Shown here one piece after another: positions 39,102 through 49,425 of a stretch of DNA of 64,000 bases; position 1 is the stretch's first letter; every line of letters begins with the position of its first letter. This DNA is from an uncultured virus (IMG/VR IMGVR_UViG_3300042462_000205). Taxonomy: Duplodnaviria > Heunggongvirae > Uroviricota > Caudoviricetes. Where the stretch lies: IMG/VR virus record IMGVR_UViG_3300042462_000205. One strand, 5' to 3'. A model generated the notes under the pieces. The model was given only the letters and a program-made list of their open reading frames with translations. It was not told where the DNA came from and made no database searches. The position numbers and the translations under genes were made by a program.

Positions 39102-40273
39102 TGACTACAATATCTAGTGGAGTTCAATTTGGTGGTGGGGTATTATTAAGCCCGGTTGTTAACGTCTTGTATGAGTTTACAGCCTTTACATTCCAAACTG
39201 CTAACACTATAGGTAATATTGGTCCTACTATAGGCAACTGCTATAGTTTTTACAGCAACACAGGTAATACGTGGTTACAGAGTACTGAGTACTTTGATGT
39301 ACCAACTACCTGGCGAGGATATCAAGTATGGACGGTACCACAGACCGCTAGTTATCGAATCACTGCCGCAGGTAGTCGCAGTGGAATAATTACAGCGTTT
39401 TCTGGCAACGCAACTTTTGCTAATGCTCATGGACGTGGTGCTGTAGTACAGGGTATATTTAATCTTACCCAAGGACAAAAACTTACCTTATTAGTAGGAC
39501 AACCCAGTGCTAATACCCAACAGCCTAGCACTTATAGTTCGCCTGGCGGCGGAGGTGGCACATTTGTAGCCTTAGGTAATGTAGCTAGTATAGGATTTGC
39601 TAACGTTGCTCCGTTAATAGTAGCCGGCGGCGGTGGAGCACCTGGTGCGTGGACTGGCAACACGTCAATATTCCCTGGTGGCTATGGTGTAACTACTCAG
39701 CGCGGCGGTAACAGTGCCGGTAATAGTGGTGCTACTATTACATCAAACCGTGTGGGTGCTCCGGGCGGCACAAACGGATTTGGCGGCAACACACATGTTA
39801 GCATAGGTGGCACAATCAGTGTCAACGGATATGACAGTGGCGGTGGTGGCGGATATTATGGCAATGGCCGCAGTTGGAATGGCACTACCTGGACTTTTAA
39901 TACTGTTTCGGGATCATCTGGCTTTGGTGGAGCAGGCGGAAGTTTTGCTAATGGTGCTATAGGCGGCACATTTAGTAGTGCGACTTATCCTCCACCAAGT
40001 ACCAGTAGTGGTGGCTTTGGTGGTGGTTCTGGTCCTGGACCTATTGTGGGCGGCGCTGGCGGCGGTTGGTCAGGCGGCGGTGGCGGCTTTGCCCTAGCAG
40101 GTACAGCAGTTGACTCAGGAGGCGGCGGTGGTAGTTACATTGACAGTAATGCTACCAGCGTATCAACCAGTGATGGACAGTACGATTTAAGCGGCACATT
40201 TAATGGTGCAAGTATTACTAACCTGGGCATCTATAACAATGCCGCAGGTTATATTAGTATAGTGAAAATATAA
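39101..40273 (+). CDS. glycine-rich virion protein
   Basis: Q.WTVP.T..Y.I.AAG, GGGGGTFV, IVAGGGG, GGFGGG tracts. Confidence 0.75.
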   Translation: MTTISSGVQFGGGVLLSPVVNVLYEFTAFTFQTANTIGNIGPTIGNCYSFYSNTGNTWLQSTEYFDVPTTWRGYQVWTVPQTASYRITAAGSRSGIITAFSGNATFANAHGRGAVVQGIFNLTQGQKLTLLVGQPSANTQQPSTYSSPGGGGGTFVALGNVASIGFANVAPLIVAGGGGAPGAWTGNTSIFPGGYGVTTQRGGNSAGNSGATITSNRVGAPGGTNGFGGNTHVSIGGTISVNGYDSGGGGGYYGNGRSWNGTTWTFNTVSGSSGFGGAGGSFANGAIGGTFSSATYPPPSTSSGGFGGGSGPGPIVGGAGGGWSGGGGGFALAGTAVDSGGGGGSYIDSNATSVSTSDGQYDLSGTFNGASITNLGIYNNAAGYISIVKI

Positions 40274-40953
40274 TGAAGATCACCGGCGGACATTTTACAT
40301 CAGGCGTACGACTTATTCAGTATGGTTCACCTCCAGAGATTGTAGACACTCCTGTATTCAATGCCACAAGTGAGAACAACTGGGCAGGTGTCACACGCAC
40401 AGGTAGTCCTGTACAAACGGGAAACTATTTAGAGTTCACTGGCACAGAATATCTAACAACAGATACTATTGATACCACTACACTAACCAACAATGATTAC
40501 ACCTACGAATTTTGGGTACGCACCACAGGCAACAATAGTGGCGCATTGTTAACTAAAATTGGCGAGGGCGGTTACACAGTGAGTGCAGTTGAAATCAGTG
40601 CAACTACACTGGTGACTGGTTACTGGGCAGAAACGCAGTTATATTCAGAAATCACAACTCCCATAACAAGAGATGCGTGGCAACACTATGTGGTGACTTA
40701 TACAACCAACGGACCACTAATAACATATTACAATGGGCAAATGGTAGACAACGGTACATTTCCTGAGGAAATCAGCCCAAGAGACTACAACATCACAAAC
40801 ATGTATTTTGATCTGTTTGCTTTCTCACCCACTAACTTTGGCAACGGTAACTCACTGACAGCAGACTTTGGCGAATTTAGACTATACACACGAGCTCTGT
40901 CAGACGCAGAAGTACTACAAAATTATAACGCCACTAATTCAAGATGGTCATAA
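40273..40953 (+). CDS. LamG/concanavalin A-like lectin domain protein
   Basis: YTYEFWVR, WQHYVVTY, YYNG, FRLYTRALSDAEVLQNY. Confidence 0.85.
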   Translation: MKITGGHFTSGVRLIQYGSPPEIVDTPVFNATSENNWAGVTRTGSPVQTGNYLEFTGTEYLTTDTIDTTTLTNNDYTYEFWVRTTGNNSGALLTKIGEGGYTVSAVEISATTLVTGYWAETQLYSEITTPITRDAWQHYVVTYTTNGPLITYYNGQMVDNGTFPEEISPRDYNITNMYFDLFAFSPTNFGNGNSLTADFGEFRLYTRALSDAEVLQNYNATNSRWS

Positions 40954-40996
40954 TCAACATAGACAATAAATACAATAATACTAAGGATTAAGTAAA

Positions 40997-43549
40997 ATGG
41001 CAAGTAAAATACAAATTCGTCGAGATACAGCGGCAAATTGGACAGCAACTAACCCTACACTAGCACAAGGTGAGCCAGGCCTAGAAACCGACACCAACCT
41101 AGTAAAATACGGTGATGGCTCTACTGCTTGGGTAGACCTAGACTATGCTAGTGGCGGCAGTGGAATAACCAACGGTAACTTAGATGTTAGCCGCGAAGTA
41201 CAGGGTTGGGCAACAACTTCATCCATTGTCGATAGCACTAGTGGACATATCTATCACGATGCTATGGTATTGCGCTCTGGTAATTTGTATCTTGCAGGCG
41301 GTTTTTATTCAAGTTTTGCCAATGATGACGATGGGTATAACAATGATGCAATGGTCATTAGTAAAATATCCACAACTGGTGAAGTCTTAGCCAGTAAGAT
41401 TATTTGGGAATCTAACCAAGGTGATGCCTATGCTGGCGCTGTAACAGTTAATCCTACAACTGGTAATATTATAGTAGCCGGAGGACAATACGAAACTAAT
41501 AGTTATAAAATCCATCGCCACGAAATTAACGCTAACTTAACTGCTATATCTAGCAGACAATATTCTTTCCTTGGTGACCCTGGGTCATATGTTGCTGACA
41601 GCGGGTTAATGCCAGATGACAGCACGGTTATAGTAGGCGGACATCAAAACGGTAACGCTATCATCTATAGCAATGTTCCAGTACACCCAGGCAGTTATAC
41701 ACATTATCTAGGCGTAAATATTGCCGCAACGTTTGGTTCTAACACCCTACCATCATTAAACAACGGTTGGAGCATCACTGGTAACGATGCAGGTAGCGGT
41801 ACAACTATTACCAGCATTAACTTTTTCTCTGTTGATGAAAGCAGCAGTGACAGTGCTGATGGTTTTGGTTCCAATTGGGATATCACTTACACTCCACGCA
41901 GCAATGTTTACGTAGTCAGTGACTACTATGGTGGACAGGATTATCTTACAGGTGATGAGATAACAATCCATGGTAACGAACTTGGTGGTAACCTTACCAC
42001 CAACGATCTAACCGTCACAGTGGGCAACGTTAACGGTAATGGTAGTATCTTAAGCTATACCTTATCTGGCTCAGCACAAACAGAATTAATTTGGTTTGAA
42101 GAAAACACAGGTATTGACTTTGGTGATACCGTTGGGCGCCAGTGGAACATACAACAAAGTACCAGCGACAACACTTGGGTAATCACCGACAATTGGGCAC
42201 GTACCATCGGTGGTAGCGATTGGGATTATGCTCGGGCAGTGGCTACAGACACGGGCGGCAATGTGTACATAGCCATGGAGGCTTCTAGTGGTTTGGATTA
42301 TCGTGAAAGTACTAGAGCCGGTGTAGTTAAACTAAATTCCAATGGTGTACATCAATGGACTAAGTTTATCGATTTTGGCCAATACAATAATCCACAAAGT
42401 ATTGCTGTAGACTCTACTGGTAATGTTGTTGTGACAGCCAAAACCAACAATGATTATGGTGTCGTTGCTAAACTAAATCCCGCAACTGGTAATATGTACT
42501 GGAGAACAACCATTGGAACTGATGGCAACAGCACTGACCCGATGGGCTTTAACGATTTAACAAACCCAGTGTTTGACGCAACAGGCAATATTATTGTTGC
42601 CAGTGAGTTTGGTAGTTATATCAGCAACGATGACGATATATTAGTCATGTCATTTAGCAGTAACACAGGTGCTGTAAATTGGCAACGTGCTATTTCCTTT
42701 GGTAGTGATCAAACCCTTGCCTGGGACAGTGGACGTAGAGCACTAGCCTGCGACGGTACTAACTACTATCTAACATTCACTAACTATTCAGGTAACGATA
42801 GTTCAATAACTGTTAAATTACCAGTCGATGGAACAACTCCTGGTCTGCTATCGGGCGGACTAGTATATCAAGAACAAGATTGGATTACTAATACCGCAGT
42901 TAATATTACTTCAGTTAATGACGACGATGGGTACATTGAAGTGACTAGTATGTTGGTAACAACAACAACGCCAACAACCGCACTAGTAGATCTAATAGAC
43001 CTTGGATATGTGTCAAATGTTACTGCCGCACTTGGTAAGGGAGCCACAGGATATGTTAAAGGTGTTACTAATTTAGAATTTGAAGATGGTACCAGCATAT
43101 CTACTGCACCTTTGTCACAGGCCAGCGAGTTTGAAGGTGACAACTATGACACCATGCGTATTGAAATCTACAACGGTGGCAAGAACTTATATTGGAATGG
43201 CGACGACGATGTTGAGTGGTTTAACTCAGACAATGCTCCGGGTCGTCGACAAAACGGCTGGGAAGTAACTGGCGTAATCATTGAGTATCAACTTTATAAT
43301 GACGAATACTACGGTACACAAATTGGCACAATTCATTGTAGTGGTTTCTACGATGAAGGTGGAGAGGCTACGCATACTGAACACTACACCGGTAATGACA
43401 ACGACATGATGTATAATCAACCTTGGATTCTTGACGAGGCCAGTTACAATCAAGTTCGTTTGATGTATCGCGGCAAAGACGGTGAAAGTGCTGATGTTAA
43501 AATACAATGGACTGCTAGAGTGTTCTACGGTCAAGAAAATAACTGCTAA
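40997..43549 (+). CDS. tail fibre/adhesin with Mtd-N-like N-terminus and beta-propeller repeats
   Basis: IQIRRDTAANW..GEPGLETDT; AVATDTGGNVY, SIAVDSTGNVVV, KLNSNG..QW repeats. Confidence 0.8.
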   Translation: MASKIQIRRDTAANWTATNPTLAQGEPGLETDTNLVKYGDGSTAWVDLDYASGGSGITNGNLDVSREVQGWATTSSIVDSTSGHIYHDAMVLRSGNLYLAGGFYSSFANDDDGYNNDAMVISKISTTGEVLASKIIWESNQGDAYAGAVTVNPTTGNIIVAGGQYETNSYKIHRHEINANLTAISSRQYSFLGDPGSYVADSGLMPDDSTVIVGGHQNGNAIIYSNVPVHPGSYTHYLGVNIAATFGSNTLPSLNNGWSITGNDAGSGTTITSINFFSVDESSSDSADGFGSNWDITYTPRSNVYVVSDYYGGQDYLTGDEITIHGNELGGNLTTNDLTVTVGNVNGNGSILSYTLSGSAQTELIWFEENTGIDFGDTVGRQWNIQQSTSDNTWVITDNWARTIGGSDWDYARAVATDTGGNVYIAMEASSGLDYRESTRAGVVKLNSNGVHQWTKFIDFGQYNNPQSIAVDSTGNVVVTAKTNNDYGVVAKLNPATGNMYWRTTIGTDGNSTDPMGFNDLTNPVFDATGNIIVASEFGSYISNDDDILVMSFSSNTGAVNWQRAISFGSDQTLAWDSGRRALACDGTNYYLTFTNYSGNDSSITVKLPVDGTTPGLLSGGLVYQEQDWITNTAVNITSVNDDDGYIEVTSMLVTTTTPTTALVDLIDLGYVSNVTAALGKGATGYVKGVTNLEFEDGTSISTAPLSQASEFEGDNYDTMRIEIYNGGKNLYWNGDDDVEWFNSDNAPGRRQNGWEVTGVIIEYQLYNDEYYGTQIGTIHCSGFYDEGGEATHTEHYTGNDNDMMYNQPWILDEASYNQVRLMYRGKDGESADVKIQWTARVFYGQENNC

Positions 43550-43563
43550 TTAAGGAATAGAAA

Positions 43564-45219
43564 ATGCCATTTAAGAGATACAACACAAGCAACGGCCAGG
43601 ATTTTAGAACTAACTACGTAGGTAGAGACGGTGAACTAACCTGGGACAGTGATAACGGTCTACGCTTACACGATGGTAGTACAAGTGGCGGCAATCCAGT
43701 TGGCAGTGGCAGTCTTACTGCTGTAAATAACAATATAGAGGTTATAGTATCTGACACTAACCAAGGTGGCGTCAGTATCAGTCAAACTATTAATAATGGT
43801 AACGGGTCTAATTACTTCTCAACTGAACTACAATACGATCAATTTAGTATCGATGCCACCACTGGCTACCAATGGCGTTTTGAAGATACTGGCGAATTTA
43901 GAATTCCCGGCAATATCAATTCCTACGACAACGATATTAATATCATTGCCATGCACGCTGGTAGTAATGGTAATATTACTATAAAGACCGTCAGCAACAC
44001 CAACGATGTACACTACAGTCAACTCCAACTAACACAAACTGGTATTGCTCTTACTGTTGATTTGAACAACACACAGGGCGGAAGGACATTTGAATTTAGC
44101 AACACTGGAGCACTAATATTACCGTCTTTAGATACCTACGATAATACAGGAGCTACAGTCACTGGTCCTACATTAAAGTTAGGCAACGACCCAGATATAG
44201 ATCAAACTGTTATCACAGGACCTGCTCCAAATGGATCCTACCCTAATGCTCCAAAGATAATCATCCAAGGTCAACGAGGTTACGGAAACTCGGAGCAATC
44301 TGGTGGTTATCAAGGTGGTGATGTTTTAGTTTGGGCGGGTCGTGGCGGTGAAGGCAGTAACTATTCTGGAGTTGCGGGTAATGTTGACATTCGCGGCGCT
44401 ACTGGCGGACTTAACGGCGGCAACATTCGTGTACGTAGTGGTAATGCTAATGGTGGTAATGGCAGTGTTGGTGGATTCTTAGAACTTGCTGCTGGTAATA
44501 CTACCTACGATCTTGGTGCAGGTGGCAATGTAGACATTCGTGCAGGCTACGGCGTACAAAGCGGCACCGGCGGAGAAGTTAATATATATACTGCCTCTAC
44601 TGGTTCAACATATGATAACACTTGGACATTTGGCAAAAACGGTACTACAACACTGCCGGGCGCTGTGATTCAAGGTACAGTTGCTAAGACAGTTGGTACT
44701 ACACCGCTTTACCTAGGTGATTCAGGGTTTACAACTCCGCTTGTTGATGGCGATTATGGACCGTTTACATTAAGTGGTATTGTGTTTACTGTACAGGTAC
44801 TCAGTGGCACACCGGGTTACACTATTACTAGTATTCCCGAAAACCCAAATTTTACTAGAACTCAAGTTATTGGTACTTTAGATTCTGATGATTTAGGTGG
44901 AGCGCCGGGAGAAACTAGAAATATCGATGTCTCAGAATTAGTACCAACAGTATTAGACCTAACTAAATCTATTAACAAACTAGCAGATGGTGGTTACTCA
45001 CTGGCCAACGGAACTGAAGGGCAGATCATGCACCTCGTAAGACAAACTGGATCATCTGAAGGTAGTATAAGACTCACAGTTGGCAACGCTAGGGTAGATG
45101 GATCAACTTATACTAATTATTCTTTCGTTCCGTTTACAGCCGGCACAAGTCTTGATATAGCAATGATGATATTCACAGACGGTCGTTGGCAATCAGACAA
45201 CGGATTATGGGGTTCTTAA
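43564..45219 (+). CDS. tail fibre-like protein
   Basis: YVGRDGELTWD..LRLHDGST.GG, GGNVDIRAG repeats, LANGTEGQIM C-terminus. Confidence 0.75.
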   Translation: MPFKRYNTSNGQDFRTNYVGRDGELTWDSDNGLRLHDGSTSGGNPVGSGSLTAVNNNIEVIVSDTNQGGVSISQTINNGNGSNYFSTELQYDQFSIDATTGYQWRFEDTGEFRIPGNINSYDNDINIIAMHAGSNGNITIKTVSNTNDVHYSQLQLTQTGIALTVDLNNTQGGRTFEFSNTGALILPSLDTYDNTGATVTGPTLKLGNDPDIDQTVITGPAPNGSYPNAPKIIIQGQRGYGNSEQSGGYQGGDVLVWAGRGGEGSNYSGVAGNVDIRGATGGLNGGNIRVRSGNANGGNGSVGGFLELAAGNTTYDLGAGGNVDIRAGYGVQSGTGGEVNIYTASTGSTYDNTWTFGKNGTTTLPGAVIQGTVAKTVGTTPLYLGDSGFTTPLVDGDYGPFTLSGIVFTVQVLSGTPGYTITSIPENPNFTRTQVIGTLDSDDLGGAPGETRNIDVSELVPTVLDLTKSINKLADGGYSLANGTEGQIMHLVRQTGSSEGSIRLTVGNARVDGSTYTNYSFVPFTAGTSLDIAMMIFTDGRWQSDNGLWGS

Positions 45220-45803
45220 CGAATACCTTGATCTCGTAGTTTAACACAAGTATCGCACCATCCACAAGGTGCGATATTTTTTTCACTGTACACTGGACGT
45301 CGACAACTCCAAAACATATTACGCAGGCTTTCTGGCAGACTGTCATATATCTCACGCTTGGTCATATCTAACACAGGATAAATCTTTTCAACATCTGTAA
45401 ATGCTGCTAGTATCCGGTCAGCACGCTTGCGTCTTTCTTCTAAACTGTGATTACTGTCATTGGCCTGCATACCCATAGCAACTTTTACTATATTAGGATT
45501 CACACTGCAAATATAGCCAGCAAAGAAGTTAATAGTGTCTGTGTCGTACATATACTGCCCATTGTAGGGCTGTGAACCTATTTCGCTTTCACTATAGACA
45601 AAACTGTAGCCCAATCGTTCAAGTTCTTTTAGAACTAAGGGTACTACAATAGCTTCTGCCTGATCTCTATGTTCTACATTACGATTGTGTATGTGATGAA
45701 TGTGTAACTTATAGTCCTTGTACGTAGGATCTGTAAGTAACAGGTATATCATACCCAGGCTGTCTAAGCCGCCCGAGTACATGGCTAAGATTATTTGTTC
45801 CAT
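45216..45803 (-). CDS. QueC-like PP-loop ATP pyrophosphatase (short)
   Basis: YSGGLDS, TKREI, WSC..CGWCDTC zinc motif. Confidence 0.7.
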   Translation of the reverse strand: MEQIILAMYSGGLDSLGMIYLLLTDPTYKDYKLHIHHIHNRNVEHRDQAEAIVVPLVLKELERLGYSFVYSESEIGSQPYNGQYMYDTDTINFFAGYICSVNPNIVKVAMGMQANDSNHSLEERRKRADRILAAFTDVEKIYPVLDMTKREIYDSLPESLRNMFWSCRRPVYSEKNIAPCGWCDTCVKLRDQGIR

Positions 45804-46240
45804 ATATAAAATGTATAAACTTTGTTGATTGTATGTTCTTCTGGCGTAGGGGTTAGCTCGTCTGCTCTAGGGTAATAACAAGCATACTTTGTAGGCCAGT
45901 TGGGATTAAGAAAAGCACGTGCAACTAATCTATCACAGTAGGGCAAAACTGTCTTCAACAACTGCTCGCAATATTCTTGACCAAATGCTAGTGCGCCATC
46001 CACGATAACTGTGTCCCAATGAGAATCTAAACTAAACCAGTCCTTGTTTTTAATCTTAGCATCATCGTACTTAGGTTCTAAGTCCCACGCTTCTGTACAC
46101 AACGGTAATAGCAATCGAGTACTGCCTAACAGCAATACTCGACCTTGACAATAGCTAGCAAACACCTTATAATCATCTTGATTAGGTGCCGCTGGCCAAG
46201 TTAAATTAATCCAGTAGTCTCGATCTGCGTGTATATCCAT
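45791..46240 (-). CDS. hypothetical, reduced methyltransferase-like fold
   Basis: RVLLLGST..WDLE..DW..WDTVIVDG. Confidence 0.5.
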   Translation of the reverse strand: MDIHADRDYWINLTWPAAPNQDDYKVFASYCQGRVLLLGSTRLLLPLCTEAWDLEPKYDDAKIKNKDWFSLDSHWDTVIVDGALAFGQEYCEQLLKTVLPYCDRLVARAFLNPNWPTKYACYYPRADELTPTPEEHTINKVYTFYIWNK

Positions 46241-46246
46241 GTGTTT

Positions 46247-46279
46247 TATTTATAGTGACGTATGCTAGCCCTATAAATA
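46247..46279. promoter_or_regulatory. back-to-back late promoters (TATAAATA on both strands)
   Basis: tatttatag (46247-55) and ctataaata (46271-79) form a perfect inverted pair between divergent genes. Confidence 0.75.
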
Positions 46280-46284
46280 TCTGT

Positions 46285-46956
46285 ATGATTACCCATAGAC
46301 CCTCTAATACCCGTGCTCATCGAGATGATGGTTGGATAGAAACCCACAGAACATTCAGTAACAACAGTTATTTAGATTTTCGTTATATGCAGTACAGTGA
46401 TCTACAGGTTATCAACGATGATCGTGTTCAGCCCAACAATCATGTTCCACGCCACTTACATCAAAACATGGAAATCTTTGGCTATGTAATTGAAGGAAAA
46501 TGTCGACATGTAGACAACCTAGGCAACGACTTTGATGTAGCCGCTGGTAGTGTACAGCGCATGAGCAATGGCACGGGCATTTGGCACACAGAAGGCAATG
46601 CCAGCGATGTTCCTAATCGTTACATACAGATTTGGATTGACACCGCAGTAAAAGATACTGAACCCAACTACAGTAACTATACCTTTACTGAACAGGATCG
46701 TGATAACAAATTCTTTGACGTAACCAGTGTACTACCTATACACCAAGATGCCAAGTTCTACAGTGGAATTTTTACTGAAGACTATGAATTTACACTTAAT
46801 CCACAGCGTAGATACTACCTTTATATAGTCAGCGGTACTGCTACAATTAACGGGCAAGCTAGTATAGAAGGCGATGGCTACGCATTTAGGCAAGAAACAC
46901 AGCTTACTATCGCACCTACAGCTAAATCTGAAATAATATTATTTGACTTACGCTAA
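46285..46956 (+). CDS. pirin family (YhhW-like) bicupin (track start 46255)
   Basis: RTFS, LQVINDD, HLHQNMEI..H.D..GN, H.E.N, QIW. Confidence 0.9.
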   Translation: MITHRPSNTRAHRDDGWIETHRTFSNNSYLDFRYMQYSDLQVINDDRVQPNNHVPRHLHQNMEIFGYVIEGKCRHVDNLGNDFDVAAGSVQRMSNGTGIWHTEGNASDVPNRYIQIWIDTAVKDTEPNYSNYTFTEQDRDNKFFDVTSVLPIHQDAKFYSGIFTEDYEFTLNPQRRYYLYIVSGTATINGQASIEGDGYAFRQETQLTIAPTAKSEIILFDLR

Positions 46957-46971
46957 GATTTAGTATATAAT
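46943..46971 (+). promoter_or_regulatory. sigma70 promoter, leaderless for primase
   Basis: TTGACT-17-TATAAT, ATG 6 nt downstream. Confidence 0.8.
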
Positions 46972-46977
46972 AACTAT

Positions 46978-48012
46978 ATGCTGAACATCATCTCTGATTT
47001 CATTAAAAGTATTTTACCTGCAAAGCGTAAAACAACTCCCAGCGGTTGGATTAGCTTTAATGCACCTTGCTGTATACACAACGGTGACTCAGCAGATACT
47101 AGAGGTCGTGGTGGCTTAACTGCTAACGCAGATGGTAGTGTATCATATCACTGTTTTAACTGTAACTTCAAAGCCAGCTATCAACCGGGTAGGCACTTAA
47201 CATTTAAGTTTCGTAAACTATTATCCTGGATGGGCGCAGGTGATAGCGATGTTAAACGCTTAGTAATTGAAGCTATTCGTATCAAAGACCTAGTAGCACC
47301 GGAACAGGTAAAAGACGAACCAGAAGAAAAGATTGAGTTTAAGGTTCGTGAATTACCTAAAGATGCACTTAGTTTCCAACAGCTACTTACACATCACATA
47401 TTAGATGACTTTAATAATGTTCCTACACTACTAAATTCAGCAGTTGATTACATCAAGGCTCGTAAGATTGACCATACCAAGTATGACTTTTATTGGACTG
47501 ACTCAACAGAACATAGCCTACATCAACGTGTAATCATTCCTATGATTTGGGAAGGTAAGACTATCGGCTACACAAGTCGTGCGTTTACTGATGGAGTAAA
47601 ACCCAAGTATTACAGTCACTATGAACCTAACTTTGTGTTCAATACTAACAATCAACAGCGTGATTGGAAGTTTGTTATTGTCTGTGAAGGACCATTTGAT
47701 GCTATGGCCGTAGATGGTGTAGCGGTACTGGGCAATGAAGTAGCAGAACAACAAGCAGACATTATTGATGCACTTGGGCGTGAAGTTATTGTTGTTGCTG
47801 ATGCAGATAAAAGCGGTGCTAAACTTGTCGATGCGGCTGTTAAATATGGTTGGAGTGTTAGCTTTCCAGTTTGGCAAGAAGATCTAGACTGTAAAGATAT
47901 TAGTGATGCTGTAGTTAAGTACGGCAAGCTATTTGTGCTTAAAACTATTATTGATGCTAAAGAATCGAGCAAGTTAAAAATTGAACTATTAAGAAAAAGG
48001 CTATATAATTAA
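46978..48012 (+). CDS. DNA primase (gp61-like)
   Basis: Zn ribbon PCC..YHCFNC, TOPRIM VCEGPFDA, DAD..G, KD. Confidence 0.9.
   Translation: MLNIISDFIKSILPAKRKTTPSGWISFNAPCCIHNGDSADTRGRGGLTANADGSVSYHCFNCNFKASYQPGRHLTFKFRKLLSWMGAGDSDVKRLVIEAIRIKDLVAPEQVKDEPEEKIEFKVRELPKDALSFQQLLTHHILDDFNNVPTLLNSAVDYIKARKIDHTKYDFYWTDSTEHSLHQRVIIPMIWEGKTIGYTSRAFTDGVKPKYYSHYEPNFVFNTNNQQRDWKFVIVCEGPFDAMAVDGVAVLGNEVAEQQADIIDALGREVIVVADADKSGAKLVDAAVKYGWSVSFPVWQEDLDCKDISDAVVKYGKLFVLKTIIDAKESSKLKIELLRKRLYN
47981..48009 (+). promoter_or_regulatory. sigma70 promoter inside primase 3' end, leaderless for helicase
   Basis: TTGAAC-17-TATAAT, ATG 6 nt downstream. Confidence 0.6.
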
Positions 48013-48015
48013 TAT

Positions 48016-49425
48016 ATGAGCAAAGAATATTCAACAGACCTACAACAGTTATTTTTAGAAATGATGCTACAAGATCCGCAGAGTTATGTGCGGGTACAAA
48101 ACATCTATAATCCCGAAAACTTTGATAGAAGTTTACGTGAAGCCGCTAAATTTATTAAACAGCACAGCGACGAATATAGAACACTACCCACTATTGATCA
48201 AGTACAGGCAGTGACTACTGTTGTGCTTAAACATGTACCTAACCTAACTGAAGATCACTACAGTTGGTTTATGACAGAGTTCGAGGGTTTTACTAAACGT
48301 AATGAACTTGAACGTGCGATTCTTGCGGCAGCTGATATGTTGGAAAAAGGCGAGTATGACCCAGTTGAAAAACTAATTAAAGATGCTGTACAAATATCAC
48401 TTACCAAAGACATGGGTACAGAATACTTTGAAGATCCTCGTGCTCGTATTGACAAATACTTTAACAGTGGCGGACAGGTAAGTACTGGTTGGCCACAAAT
48501 GGATAAGATACTATACGGTGGCTTTAGTCGAGGTGAACTTAATATCTTTGCAGGCGGATCTGGTTCGGGTAAATCTTTGGTTATGATGAACATTGCACTT
48601 AGCTGGTTACAAGCTGGACTTAGTGGTGTATATGTAACATTAGAACTTAGTGAAGAACTATGTTCGTTGCGTACAGATGCTATGCTTACTGGCATGAGTA
48701 CAAAAGACATCCGCAAAGATATTGAAACAACTGAACTTAAAGTTAAGATGGTGGGTAAAAAGTCTGGACAGTATCGTGTTAAAGGATTCCCTGCACAGAG
48801 CAACGTAAATGACATACGCAGTTATTTAAAAGAAGTACAGATACAAACAGGTATTAAAGTTGATTTTGTTATGGTAGATTACTTGGATTTAGTAATGCCT
48901 GTATCGATTAAAGTTAATCCAAATGACCAGTTTATCAAAGACAAATATGTAGCTGAAGAACTACGTAACTTAGCCAAAGAACTTAATGTATTGCTGGTAA
49001 CAGCTTCGCAACTTAATCGTAGTGCGGTAGAAGAAATTGAATTTGACCATAGCCATATTGCTGGTGGTATTAGTAAGATCAACACAGCAGATAATGTGTT
49101 TGGTATCTTTACAAGTCGTGCTATGAAAGAACGTGGCAGATATCAATTACAATGTATGAAATCGCGTAGTAGTACTGGTGTAGGACATAAAGTGGATCTA
49201 ACATATAATATTGAAACTATGCGCATTACAGATGAGGGTGAAGAAACTACAGGTGATGGTAATGGTGCTAGTCGCAATATCAACAACGTATTAAACAACA
49301 TTAAATCAACATCAACAGTTAATAAAGAAACGGGTGAAATTACAAATATGCCAAAAATTAATGCTACAGTTGATAGTAGCAAACTTAAAGGTATGCTTGC
49401 TAGTCTAAAGAATAGTAACGAATGA
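48016..49425 (+). CDS. DnaB/gp41-like replicative helicase
   Basis: GGSGSGKS, TLEL, VDYLDL, TASQLNR, KSR. Confidence 0.92.
   Translation: MSKEYSTDLQQLFLEMMLQDPQSYVRVQNIYNPENFDRSLREAAKFIKQHSDEYRTLPTIDQVQAVTTVVLKHVPNLTEDHYSWFMTEFEGFTKRNELERAILAAADMLEKGEYDPVEKLIKDAVQISLTKDMGTEYFEDPRARIDKYFNSGGQVSTGWPQMDKILYGGFSRGELNIFAGGSGSGKSLVMMNIALSWLQAGLSGVYVTLELSEELCSLRTDAMLTGMSTKDIRKDIETTELKVKMVGKKSGQYRVKGFPAQSNVNDIRSYLKEVQIQTGIKVDFVMVDYLDLVMPVSIKVNPNDQFIKDKYVAEELRNLAKELNVLLVTASQLNRSAVEEIEFDHSHIAGGISKINTADNVFGIFTSRAMKERGRYQLQCMKSRSSTGVGHKVDLTYNIETMRITDEGEETTGDGNGASRNINNVLNNIKSTSTVNKETGEITNMPKINATVDSSKLKGMLASLKNSNE

Noticed and set aside
35892..43549. Diversity-generating retroelement suggested by Mtd-N-like domains
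   Set aside because: No reverse transcriptase and no TR/VR pair with adenine-specific mismatches seen; the shared sequence is N-terminal
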